This document shows positions 12,783 through 24,399 of a DNA stretch of 64,000 nucleotides, piece by piece. The notes under the pieces are model-generated. The model searched no databases. It had not been told where the DNA came from and worked only from the letters and a program-made list of their open reading frames with translations. The DNA comes from Lingula anatina. Taxonomy: Eukaryota; Animalia; Brachiopoda. Location of the stretch: NCBI GenBank assembly GCA_051362555.1, contig CM120642.1, forward strand, positions 18,042,001 to 18,106,000. The letters run 5' to 3'. Each line of letters begins with the position of its first letter. Positions within the stretch are counted from its first letter, which is position 1. Position numbers and translations under genes: made by a program.

Positions 12783-14447
12783 ATCAAACTGATAACGAAT
12801 ATGATGATGTAATTTAAAGGCATTCTCTTTTGTGGTATTGCTTATGATGCAGATATTGTCAGAAGGTGCAAGAACATTAAGATTAATCTGTGAATTTCAA
12901 GGGACTCTGTATGATTCTAGTTGCATATATTTTTTGTTATTTTAGGGCAAAGAATCCTGTCACTTTGTGCTCATTGGAGGGATGCCAATAAAAGAACCTG
13001 TGGTACAATATGGTAAGTAACATTGGGTCATATACAGTAATGTTTGATGTCAGTGTATCTGGTAGTGCTTGGTGGTGGGAAATTTCTTTTTGGCAACACC
13101 TGTAATGAGAAATTGGATTTTAATAATTGTTAAGATGGAAATCTTTTCTTGATAAAACAATCTGTTGAGGACGGTAGAAATCTCATTTTAAAACAGGGCA
13201 TCATAATTTCTTAGCAGAAAAAATTAGATACTTAATCCTTACAGATGTGATTATTTTGAAATTTAAAAAAAAATTGAGGCCTTTCAGCAGCCTTTACTTT
13301 ACTACTTTGCTTGTTTTCGGCTTGGTTTTTATGACAGAGTAGCCTCTCTTTCTCATTTAAATTCACTCAAGAAAAAAAAGCAAAACCACATATTAGATCT
13401 TTAATTCTGTATTGGTCAGGTCCCTTTGTAATGAACACACGAGAAGAAATTTCCCAAACTATGCAGGACTTCCAGCTGGGGAGGAATGGTTTTGAGAATG
13501 CTAAAAAATGGGCTAGTGGTAATACTTAGAGAACAGGTAAGGGAAGGTCTTTTTATTTTTTTTTTCTACACTTTGAAACAGGAGCTGATTGAGGCCATCT
13601 TCTGGGTTTTCCAGAAGACGATCAGGTTTTCAATTTTATGTTGAAGGGTATCTAATGTTTTCTGTCGGAAGACGGTTAATACAGGATAGATTAACAAAGA
13701 TAATTTGGAAGACTGTCAGAATATATCTCTGGATCCACCCCTGAGATGCATGTATGTTAGACTAGTAAAAGTAAGGTAGTCGTTGAAAGTACTGCCAACA
13801 GATGACAGGTTGTACTTCGTATTCACCATTAATGTGGACTCAATTGGGATTTGCAGAAAAATTTAATATAATATGAAACATGAAAAAAAACTTTTTAAAA
13901 AACACTTCCTGCTTGGTTAGTCATAGAATGCTTTTCATCAGCTGTGTTATATTTTAAGAATAACAAAAAGTTTAAGTAGTGGGACTGTAGAGAAGGCAAT
14001 GTAGGTAAACAATATCAGTATTCAATTTAGATGTTGATTGAAGAAAAATGACTGAAATTATTCTTTCTTCTTGGTATAAGTATCTGCAGATGCGGGTTTG
14101 GCTGTTTTACTAAATATAATGTCCTGCACACCTTGTTTAATGTTGGAAATGTATTGTTTGATATTTGACTTTTAAATTTGCAATTTCATATGGATTTTAT
14201 TCTCATCTGTGAAAACCAGAGCAATTTGGAGTCAATGACAAACATTTGTTCAGCTATGGATATTTCAAAGGAAAAAATATTACTTGATTTTTGACATTTT
14301 TTTTCTGCCACAGGACCATTTGTGATGACAACAGATGAAGAAATCAAAGAAGCTATGGCAGACTATCATCATGACAGGAATGGGTTTGAAAATGCGAGCA
14401 GTTGGAATTCATTTGTGGTCACAGAAGATGATTTACCACCGCCATAG
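8591..14447 (+). CDS. PIR: Pirin (bicupin iron protein); exons 8591-8620 (putative), 9163-9378, 9771-9863, 10293-10373, 11401-11607, 11956-12085, 12307-12377, 12946-13012, then terminal exon A 13420-13529 or B 14314-14447
   Basis: [74 protein letters not shown]. Metal ligands H/H/H/E are intact. All exons join in frame. Confidence 0.95.
10396..10652. mobile_element. Fold-back MITE (PIF/Harbinger-like ends)
   Basis: About 100-bp near-perfect inverted arms (ttcacatgaaaaat..ggcgtaattac / gtaattacgcc..atttttcatgtgaac); TTA/TAA-like flanks. Confidence 0.8.
12415..12674. mobile_element. Abundant ~200-260 bp MITE family (gggaccattccca..gatcgatc..tgggaatgg ends); other copies at about 11017-11220, 32331-32460, 36503-36717, 42175-42465, 49725-49928, 53482-53546, 60360-60586, 61406-61630
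   Basis: Shared inverted termini and internal aaattgc/ttagcgagaa/gatcgatc motifs in about 9 dispersed copies. TTA/TAA flanks suggest PIF/Harbinger (inference). Confidence 0.75.
13579..13743. mobile_element. MITE with CAGGGGCGGA..TCCGCCCCTG-type termini; homologous copy at 52321-52489, related ends at about 17746-17832 and 25255-25450
   Basis: gattgaggcc(a/g)tcttctgggt..ccagaagacg is shared between the copies; inverted termini. Confidence 0.7.
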
Positions 14448-15872
14448 TTGCCTAGACTTGCCATGTTGTAATTCATGCCATTGTTGATACATCATCTCTC
14501 ATATTGGACACAAGATTGTTTTATTTGTATGTTTTAAAATGTTGTTGAGAAGAAAACGCACAAAGTACATTCTGCATTCAACATAAAGACTGTCAGTAAA
14601 GTCATGTCATCAGTGTAGAAGACTCATCTTTTATCTGAAATCTGTGACTAACTTTAGAAATCAGAAAATTTTACTATATTCTTCTTTATATAAGGCAGCT
14701 ATAGGTAAACAAGTCATGCGCATAGCATTTTACATTTAACTTCTGAATCTTTACTTAAACAGTGGGGAGTGGAGAATGTGATAAACAATTTTGAAGACGT
14801 ACTTATTTTGATATAATTCAAGTATTGAAGTGGTGTGCTTTTATCTCAAGCAAATAGCCGTGACTAACTTAAAAGAAAGTGGTTGGGATTTTAATTAATT
14901 TTTTTTTACTTGAATTTTTATGCAACAATGATTGCAGTGCATATTTTGTATGAAGGAACAACAGTAATTGGACCTTGGGATTCTTGGTGTTGGATGGTTT
15001 ATTATTATTATTACTCTTTTTTACATAAAGATGATTTTTTATTTCAAATCTCAATAGAATTTTTTAATGTCACTGCTTTTCTCAGTTTCATCATGTATAT
15101 GACTGTCAGGTTGACAGCCTTGCTGTCTAAATTGTTCAAAGATATTGTCTATTTCAGTTAATTTTGATCTCCTTCATCAGATATGTTTTACACTTAAACT
15201 GTATGTGGCATTACCTCGATGTGGTGTAGGTCTGAAAATGTGTTTTTGTTTTGTAAAAAAAAACTTATAGATATTTCTTACAATAAATTGCAAGGCAAAT
15301 TAAAATTTTTTTCTGTGCTTTAGTGTATTGGTTAAATTTGTTCTCAACCCATATTTACTTTGTTTATGTATCTGATTTCATAAATCCAAGCCCTGCTAAT
15401 TTATACCCAAATGACTCTTTTGCATGTTTAACAATCTTAAACAAGGGCTATAAATTGAAAAATATTATTTTAACACAAATAACTGTAATGCCAGTGCTGT
15501 CTGGTATGTATGTTACACCATTTAAAGGAACATGGCTTATACTGAAGGTCGAAAAAAAATGTTGCTAAAAATTCGCAATGAACTTCCCTTAATCCTGTGT
15601 TACAAATGCCGATCTTTGATTTTAACATTTCAAAATAAATTAAGATATCAGTATGATTAAAACAAAATTTACTTTTCCCTTGTAATAAATCTAAAAAATG
15701 AATGTTAAATCAGAATTGGTCTTTGAATAAATATACCCAGAACTGCAGTGTTCACAAAAATTATCATTTTGGTTTTCATTTCAAATCCTTTTCTATTCAT
15801 TGCAGTCCAGACAGTTCTGAATAACGGTAAATGTCTGTGGTAATGAAGACATTGATTTCTTTATCTATTTAA

Positions 15873-16709
15873 TTAGAGAGAGCCATAGAAAAGGGCTGTC
15901 CTGTTATCTTCCATGTCAAAATAAAAATGTTCACAACCATATACGAACTCCTCCATACTAATAATGCCATTTTGGTTGCGGTCAACGGCAGTGAAAAGTT
16001 CCTCCGTCGGCAGGGCGTTTCTTGACATCTCTAGGAATTTGGAGTACTCCCCAGCAGACAGTCCCTCGTCGCAGTCCAAGTCAAAGATGTGGAACCAGTC
16101 TAAACACCAATCCAACTCAAGGCCATCCAGTGTCACATTGCGGATATCCGTTCCAAATAACTCAAGCCACCTGCCCAGGTCAATTGACTGTTCCACGTTG
16201 GATATATCTGCGCCCAACCATTTTTGCCATGCTTCGCTCATTATTTCATGTACAGCCTTGGCCCTCCAAGAGGGGAGAACCCGATGAGCTCTCTCCGTCA
16301 CCTTATCCACGTATTCCTCCTTGTAGACCAAGCCATCCCCGTTGATATCTAACATTCTAAACCCCATGGTCTGTTTCCAAACCCAAAGATCAGATACTTG
16401 GTTGTCTTGAAGTATCTGTGTATTAAGTGTAATAGACGTGAATTAAACAAACAATGAGGCTTAACTGTAACTTGTACTTTTTTATTAGCTAAATATTTCG
16501 AAAAAAGTTGACAAGACTGCATCTGTGGATGACATCCCCATATAAGTTAGGAAAGTGTGCACAACACATGGCCTACATTTTAATCAAAATTAATTAAAAT
16601 TTGAAAACCTTTTGGTTAAATGAAATCTCACCTTTGAATGAGCAAATTCGACACCGTTAGAGACGACGAACAGAACAATCATTGCTAGTACAAGATCGAA
16701 CAGACACAT
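15873..16709 (-). CDS. Secreted SCP/calexcitin-superfamily EF-hand protein, about 206 aa; coding exons 16709-16632 (signal peptide) and 16415-15873
   Basis: MCLFDLVLAMIVLFVVSNGVEFAHSK splices in phase 0 to ILQDNQVSDLWVWKQ. EF1 DINGDGLVYKEE, degenerate EF2, EF3 DLDCDEGLSAGE, EF4 DRNQNGIISMEE, C-terminus FYGSL. SDLWVxK and the C-terminus resemble annelid SCP. Confidence 0.85.
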
Positions 16710-17856
16710 AGTTATTTGTCTGAAAAAAGGGTGGATGAAATTGAAACATTTCTGAGATAAATACAAGTATTTTACAAAGATGTATATCATGAAAGTCTGT
16801 CAAAAATGATATCGCTATGGTATAAGAATGCAAAAAGTCGATGAAACATATTATTCTCAGGGTTCTTTTCATTTAACTCAGTACAAAATATATGCTAAAT
16901 GATGTATTTGTAAACAAAACAGTTTATAAGCTTGGTAGTTAGATCAAATATGATAATTATAAAACACAAGTTGAAATGTTTACATACCTTAGCTTGCGGC
17001 CAACCTTAATGTAAGCCTTCATCAGAATGATGTGAGTAGATGTTGTTACTTACTGCAATGTGGCATAGCGGCTAGCACCATGCACCTAGCGAAAGTCTGA
17101 ATGTATGGGGGCTTCAGTAATTTTTCGTTGTGTGAGAACAATTGTAAAAGTGTATACAGAACATACGGGTATGTTTATGTCTGTATTTAGTTATACTGCT
17201 TACAATGCGCAAAAACAATATTATATAATTCCCTCTGGGTTATATAGTAACTTCACGCACATGGGTAGTAAATAAAAGATGTTCTTAGCCTTAGATTATG
17301 CAACTAAATGGCTTTAATAGGAATCCAATTAATCTTTTTGTATTGTAGATTTTATGTGACTTTGGATGTAGATTCAATGTCATCAATTAAAATAATATGG
17401 CACTGGCAATAGATTCAGTAACTGTATTCCTTGACAAACATGTTAGTAGGATCAAGGATGACAAATTTGCAATTAGGCTGACAGAATGGTCACCAAGATA
17501 CGAAGGCAGAAAACAATGAAAATCTCGTAAGAACTGGAGATTTGAGTTAGACGAGAACTGGAAAAAAGTAACTGGAAGTCCGAAGCCTAAGACAGAATAC
17601 ACTTCGAATACATAAAATTTGCGAGAAGTTTGCGACAGGCATGATATTTTGCTAAGAGTAAGCGTTTGATTGTAAAGTGTTATCGTGTTTACAAAACTCA
17701 AAGGTCCCTTATTTCTCTGTGTACCATGAAGTTTGATCATGAGTAGGTCCAGGAGAATAGGTAATTTCAAGAGGGTACCAGAAATCAAAGGGGTTCAGGA
17801 CCCCCCTGACCCCCCTCTAAATCCGCCACTGCACTATGAACGTCTTTGCCCCCCCC

Positions 17857-17901
<45 letters not shown>

Positions 17902-18114
17902 ACACACACACACCATATGCCAGTTGCCGTGTTCTGCAGAAGTCACTCACATATTTAACCAACGTTTTATATTTACTTTATAAGGATTCATTTATTCTTC
18001 ACTGTTTCGAACTGGAAATAAAAAAAAATTCTTTTCTATTCTTGAACATTCTGAATAAAGCTATACCGTTATATTCGTGTGGTAATAAGAAGCCACTTTG
18101 AATTTTGCAATTAT

Positions 18115-18399
18115 CTAAGCCTCGAGAGAACCATAAAATGAGACGGAGTTATTGTCTTCCATGTCGTAATAAAATGATTCACAACCATGCAAAAACTCTT
18201 CCATACTAATAATGGCATCTTTGTTTAGGTCAGCAGCATTGAAGAGTTCTTCCGGCGGCGATGTGTTACGGAATATCGCTAGAAATTTGGAATACTCCTG
18301 TACAGACATTTCTTCATCGCAGTTTTCATCAAGAATGTGAAACCAGTCCAGGCAAAAATCCAACTCGAGTTCATCCAATGTCACATTAAGGAGGTCCAT
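18115..18399 (-). pseudogene. 5'-truncated tandem paralog of the SCP-like EF-hand gene (EF3-EF4 half only)
   Basis: NVTLDELELDFCLDWFHILD..IISMEEFLHGCESFYYDMED..FYGSL is colinear with the intact copy. Similarity stops at about 18400 with no clear acceptor. Confidence 0.75.
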
Positions 18400-18691
18400 T
18401 ATTTTTAAATGAGTTGCGTTAGCCGAATTTTATTGTGCATTGAAAATATCTGTATTACAATCTGGTACACTTGAAAGGAACAGTAACAGGAAAAAGTATG
18501 GTTTCCACAATTAATAGCCACAGTTATATACAACTAATTATGAGCACGGATATCGTTATGCTTGACGAATAACACAATTTAAATTTTATCATACAATGTA
18601 CTTTCCAATAACTTATCAATTTTAATGTGATAACTTTTGACTCGCATCATTTTGAGTTATCCACTATAACACGATTTAAATTAAAAATATA

Positions 18692-19274
18692 GGGGAAACT
18701 GGGCTGTTTGGCCCAGTCAGACACTTTTGGCCTTGTAGAGCCAACTAGTAATGAGTTAGAATAACAAAACTGGTTTCAAAGTAAGCCCCATGAACTAAGC
18801 TACATATGTAACGTCATTATTTTTCAAATATAATGCCAGATGGCTCACAATTTGACAAAAAACGCAACTGATGTCAGGGGGGCAACTTGCACCGCCACGG
18901 CCAACTAGCCCCAGGTGCACAATTTTTCAGATTTGAGGATGGCAGTCGTTTATGGTGCAAGAATGGACTACTTTTATACATTTTAGTAAATTTTGAAACA
19001 ATTAGCTTTAGTCTGATGCCCAATACGTATACTTCATTCGATCGAAAGCCTATGAAAATAGATTTTTTAATCTCTCAAACAAAATTACTTTTAGGTGCAA
19101 AAATTGTTTATTTGGCCTCACCGCCTAAGTAAAACTTTTTAACGTCCGACACTTCCTTAGCATTGTAAGCTACGGTCACTTTTCTAAATGATCAATTTTT
19201 TTCACCCGTAGTTACTTTTTCATAAATTGATGGGGGCCAACTTACCCCGGGGTCCAACTAGCCCCGATCTCCCC
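18692..19274. mobile_element. Non-autonomous Tc1/mariner-pogo-like DNA transposon
   Basis: Inverted ends TA-ggggaaactgggctgtttggcc / ggtccaactagccccgatctcccc-TA with TA duplication and subterminal ggccaact repeats. Confidence 0.7.
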
Positions 19275-22259
19275 TATGTCTGTTATTGTATTAAGTACTC
19301 AGACTTTTACCAAGTAATTAATAAAGAGAAAAAAAATTAAATATAACTCAAATTGAAATCTTTCCTAGACTAACCTGAGCAATCTTTGTTAAAGTGACAA
19401 ATCGAACCTCCGCTACGTTTTTTATATCTGTCTATTTTTCTTCAAGACAGCGTCTGACTACAGATATGCGTATCCTAACAATGGTGTTATTTGGTATGAA
19501 GAAATGTGTTATGTACCATTATTTTGGGCAAGTTTCCTCCGATTTCGAAATAATGGGAATATCAGCTGATACGCAAAAAGAAAAGAAACAAAACCAACAA
19601 ATTTCCCAAGTAAACAAATGTAAACCCGCATAGTGTGTTTGTATGTGAAAGCTGTGAATGTATATCTTTTGTCTGTATATCATGTAGTTTGGTTAGAAGA
19701 ATTTGGGGCGCCAGTAAACCTGTATTGTGTAAGAACAACCGCTTATGTATAGTCAAAAAGTTTTCCTTTATGATAGATCCAGATATTTGATTTACCTCTC
19801 GACAGGAGTTTTACACAAATCCGCCATCACAGATCATATGTTAGAAAACAACAATGTGCCAAAATATGAAGAAAGAAACACGCCATAAACAGAGATGAAG
19901 GAGCACACAAGCTGTCCCATGTGTATGACGACATTCTCAAACCCACCCTGAGGGGGAGGGGGCGAGAAGGACTAACAAGTCATCATCAAAACTGAGGTAA
20001 TGTCCTTTTCACCTTCACCTGAACAGGAAATTCAGTTGTGACCTAGTCTTTCAGAGTGAACAAACGAAACAGTCAAGCGGTAAATCAAATATCTGGACCC
20101 TAAATGACCCCCAAACATACTTCTCTTTAAAAAACGTGTATCATTCCCATCTGACAGTGTTGTCATTCATAGAGAATACCCATAGCGACAGAAATCTATT
20201 AAGACGGTTTGAAACGCACGGGGAGGGTTTAGTAATTGAGATAAAATAATTAGTTTTTATTGCTTTTATATCAACAGAACACTCATGTATGTAAACTGTA
20301 TGTACGGAATGGTCCTCACAGTTTTATAGAATTATACCAAAACTGAAGTTCTTACACAGAAGCCACGCCCAATGTATCGAAATCTTACCACCAGGAGTCA
20401 CTGTCCTTCCGGATATGCTGCTGCAACTAAACAAAATCTACTCAGTCCGTTTAGAATGAGGGGCAAATTGTCTCCAAAACGCGTTTTTCAAGGCTCTAAG
20501 CGAACACCAAACTGAAGTCACCCTACCTGTCGCCTATTAAAAGTTATTAAAACACGATTTTAGTCCTCATTTTCATAAATCAGTCAGCAAAACAGGACAA
20601 AAACTGACGAATTATGAATTGGAAAAAATATTCCATATTAAATGTTACTATAATTCGTTATTAATAACGTTATCTGCAACGAAAATGTCACAATTTGTAG
20701 CGTTGTTTTTGGGCTGTATATATCGGTATGCATGTATGTATGTAACAATGACATCGAAAATAATCTGTGCGAATATGAAAGTGGTGACAACTACTGTACT
20801 AGTCCTTCCTCAAAATGAGCCAAGCCACAACATTTACGTAACAAAAGACAGGTGAACGAACTGCGCCTGTCTTAACCAATGACCTTCCGACAGCACTGAG
20901 TGCTGTGTAGGTCTTGGCAAGGACGTATATTGAATCAATATACGTCCTTGGTTTTGGGGATTTTAAACCACTTTTGAGAGAATGGCTACTTAACTATCCC
21001 AACCAGCAAAGAGCTAACAAAATGGATCCCATCAATTTATTTGTAAGAACTAACGGATACAGTTTTCTTTGAGAATGATTTCAACAACATCCGTGTACCT
21101 GGTCCAATTTGCGTAACAATAACTCGATCGGCTCGGAGCGAACAATCTTCTTGACTGGTCACTTGAGAGCTAGACACTGTGAGTAGAGGACGCAGGAAAG
21201 GTGTGGTCGAACATTTCATTCACCGTTAAAACTCGGACCCAATATGAACACCGGTATGATGAAGTTGAGACAAATATTCCGAGATTTTGGGTGAGTAAAA
21301 TTTCTTGTAAAAGCGAGAAAGATCGTAATGATGAAGGAGACCTACAGAATGATGTGCACAAGTCGATATCGTGGCATGTAGGTGTATTGTAAGAGGAACT
21401 GAAAATCCGTTGTTGCGATTTGAGTTTGATATAGCTTGTGTTCAGTATAAAAGTATATTAGTAACTTGGTGTAATTTCGACATGGGTTGAATAGGCTTGT
21501 TGCCATTTTTAATAAATATTTTCCGGGCACCAGGGGTGTTTCTTACAACGTTTTGCGTGTTTTACCAGTTAAAATTGTCAGGTTTGTCTGGGTAGTGTAG
21601 TTCACTGGATTTTACAAAGGTTGAACATTAATAATGTCTTAAAGAGCATGAAGTCAACAGATGCAAAAACTATATGGAGAAGTTTGCTAAAAAACCGGTA
21701 AATACTGAACTGAATTATGCCATTTTGATATAATTATAAAAACGTTATTTTTATATTTCAGAACTGCCAGCTTCTTTGCCGAGATCCAGCAAAATGCAAA
21801 TGCGTTGCATGGTATCTTCCCTTGTTTTCTGCATGATTTTGGAATCGGGCACACACACACATACCATGGCACATTTTTTTAAAGATCGTTGTGTTTTTCT
21901 CTGTTGATATCATGTAAAAGATAAAGAAATGAATGTAATATTTATGTGAGCTATTATTTCAGAAACTATAATAATGCCTTTTCACTTCATTTTTATACAA
22001 AAATGCTTTTACTTTTCCATTTTAAAGAATATAAAGAAAATAATAATAAAAAATTTGTGTGTATATATAATTTTTAAAATTTTTCGTCAACATGATTAAC
22101 TGTTGTAAATGTTTGTCCTATAATAAATGATATAATCCAAAATCGTTTTATTGTTTGTAATGAGTGTGGATAGTGATTGTATTGGTGTGGGTGATAGGAA
22201 TAAACTTGTATTTGACTGGTGATAAATGGGTGAGTGCAATAACAAGAGAGTTCATTCCG

Positions 22260-22940
22260 TAGATGGGTGAAAATTGTGGGGAGTTAATTTTTTAAGGGGT
22301 GACAGTTTGGACGATTCCAATGCGTTTTGAGGGGTGAAATGTTGGGCGAGTTCATTCTGTTTTGAGGGGTAAAAGGTTGGGAGAGTTAATTCCAATTTGA
22401 GGGGGGAAAGGTTGGGCGATTCCATTCCATTTTGAGGGGTGACAGGTCGGGCGTTTCCATTTCATTTGAGGGGTGACAGGTTGGGTGAGTTCATTCCGCT
22501 TTGAGGGGGTGACAGGTTGGGCGATTCCATTATTTTTTCAGGGGTGACAGGCTGGACGAATTCATTCCATTTTGAGGGGTGACAGGTTGGGCGATTCCAT
22601 TATTTTTTAGGGGTGACAGGTTGGGTGAGTTCATTCTACTTTGAGGGGTGACAGGTTGGGCGATTCCATTATTTTTTTAGGGGTGACAGGTTGGACAAAT
22701 TTATTTCATTTTGAGGGGTGACAGGTTGGGCGATTCCATTATTTTTTCAGGGGTGACAGGTTGGACGAATTCATTCCATTTTGAGGGGTGACAGGTTGGG
22801 CGATTCCATTCCATTTGAGGGGTGACAGGTTGGGCGATTCCATTATTTTTTTAGGGGTGACAGGTTGGGTGACTTTATTTTGTTGAGAGGGGTGACAGGT
22901 TTGGCGATTCCATTTTATTTTGAGGGCTGACAAGTTGGGG
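22260..22940. repeat. G-rich minisatellite, about 30-bp alternating units (gaggggtgacaggttgggcgattccatt)
   Basis: About 20 tandem copies of ggggtgacaggttgg with two alternating linker types. Confidence 0.9.
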
Positions 22941-24131
22941 GAAAATTAAAATTTTTGGCATATCTTGAGTGTTGTCTTTAACCAATTTCTCATTTTAAAT
23001 GTTCAATTTTTGAGTTGAAAAATTCAACATTAATCAATTTGTGATACAAAACCCAGTATCCACAAAAAATGGCCCTGTACTTTACTAAGACAAGTGGAAA
23101 ATATTTTCTGGGAATGAATTTGTTCCAAGGAAATTTAAAAACCAATCTTGTACAAAACGTAGAACAAATTTCTAAAAGGCAAGCAAATTGGAATTGTTGG
23201 AAAAATGTCACTTCATTTAATGTTCATTTTCTATCATTTACAAAATACTGGGTATGTTTTTAAAGCTTTTAGACCATTTTCAGATTCAAACATTGTAGAA
23301 ATTTGTCAATTGCAAAGACAATATATATTGATCATAGCATATCAAATTTGAAAATGTCCAAATACTTATTACTGCTTATTACTTATTTATACAATCTTGC
23401 TACTCCTTTCCACTTATTATAATAATATCCTAATCATCATTACATAATATCAAAACAAACAACAAGTAATTACAAAGGTGTTTATTCAGTTTTAATATAA
23501 TAAATGCATGGTTTGGCGTCGGATTCCTGGCCGTGAACTGAAAGTTGCTTTCCAGAGCTTCTTGATGGGCTACTGAAATGAGAAAATAATGTATTCAATA
23601 TTTGATTTAACGACCAGGCTTTAATGAGATGATTTATGTGTGCAACATCATAAACAGGGAGATGACACTTAAAAAGACATTAAAAAAACTTTAAAAGACA
23701 TGCGTGTTTACTGGCCTGTTCGAAGTTCAGGTCCATTTAGCACAGAAAAAAACTGGATTTCTGAATGTGAGGTTGTCTTTCGCCAAAATAATGATCTCAA
23801 ATGATTTTGATAAATTTTGAGAGATCTTTCAAAATTAACAACTTTTTTTTTCATTTACGGTGGTTTTAACTACGGTCGTTTATAAAATGTGTATATATGT
23901 ATATGTTGGATGGTACAATATTTATATTCCCTGTGCATCACGTGTTTGGGGGTAACGTTTGAATGATATATGCACGTATGGAGTATTTTAGAAAATTTTA
24001 GAAATGATATTAAATGAAACACAATTTGGATGCACGTAAAATTTGTAGTTTGCCGTGTTGTGTATGAACAACTTACGTGTCAGCGAGACGGCAGAGAAGC
24101 CGAGTAAATATGGATGAGCAATTGACAGGCG

Positions 24132-24165
<34 letters not shown>

Positions 24166-24364
24166 GTATTATATAAAGCATACATACCTTACAAAGCGTT
24201 CTTCAGCCCAAACCTCATCTGAAATAAATAAGAACTTTTATAGCTAATAATAATGATAATCTATTTCTCAAAATTGCATCACACAAAGGTCTCAGCACTG
24301 CTTTTAAACATTCTGTATAAAATCTAAAATAATTCAAAAGCACACAGGCTAATTTGAATGTAAT

Positions 24365-24399
<35 letters not shown>

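Noticed and set aside
15873-16415. Aequorin-type photoprotein
   Set aside because: The His and Trp of the C-terminal catalytic triad are replaced (C, Y), and the sequence is closer to SCP.
17733-18101. Polyproline ORFs here and at 10891 and 25182 as a displaced FH1
   Set aside because: They are poly-C homopolymer tracts in repeats or introns, far from the formin.
19394-19960. Cys-rich transposase or zinc-finger fragment
   Set aside because: CxxC motifs are present, but the frames are broken and no family can be supported.
22260-22940. CRISPR-like repeat/spacer appearance
   Set aside because: The linkers are short and recur alternately rather than being unique; the context is eukaryotic and there are no cas genes.
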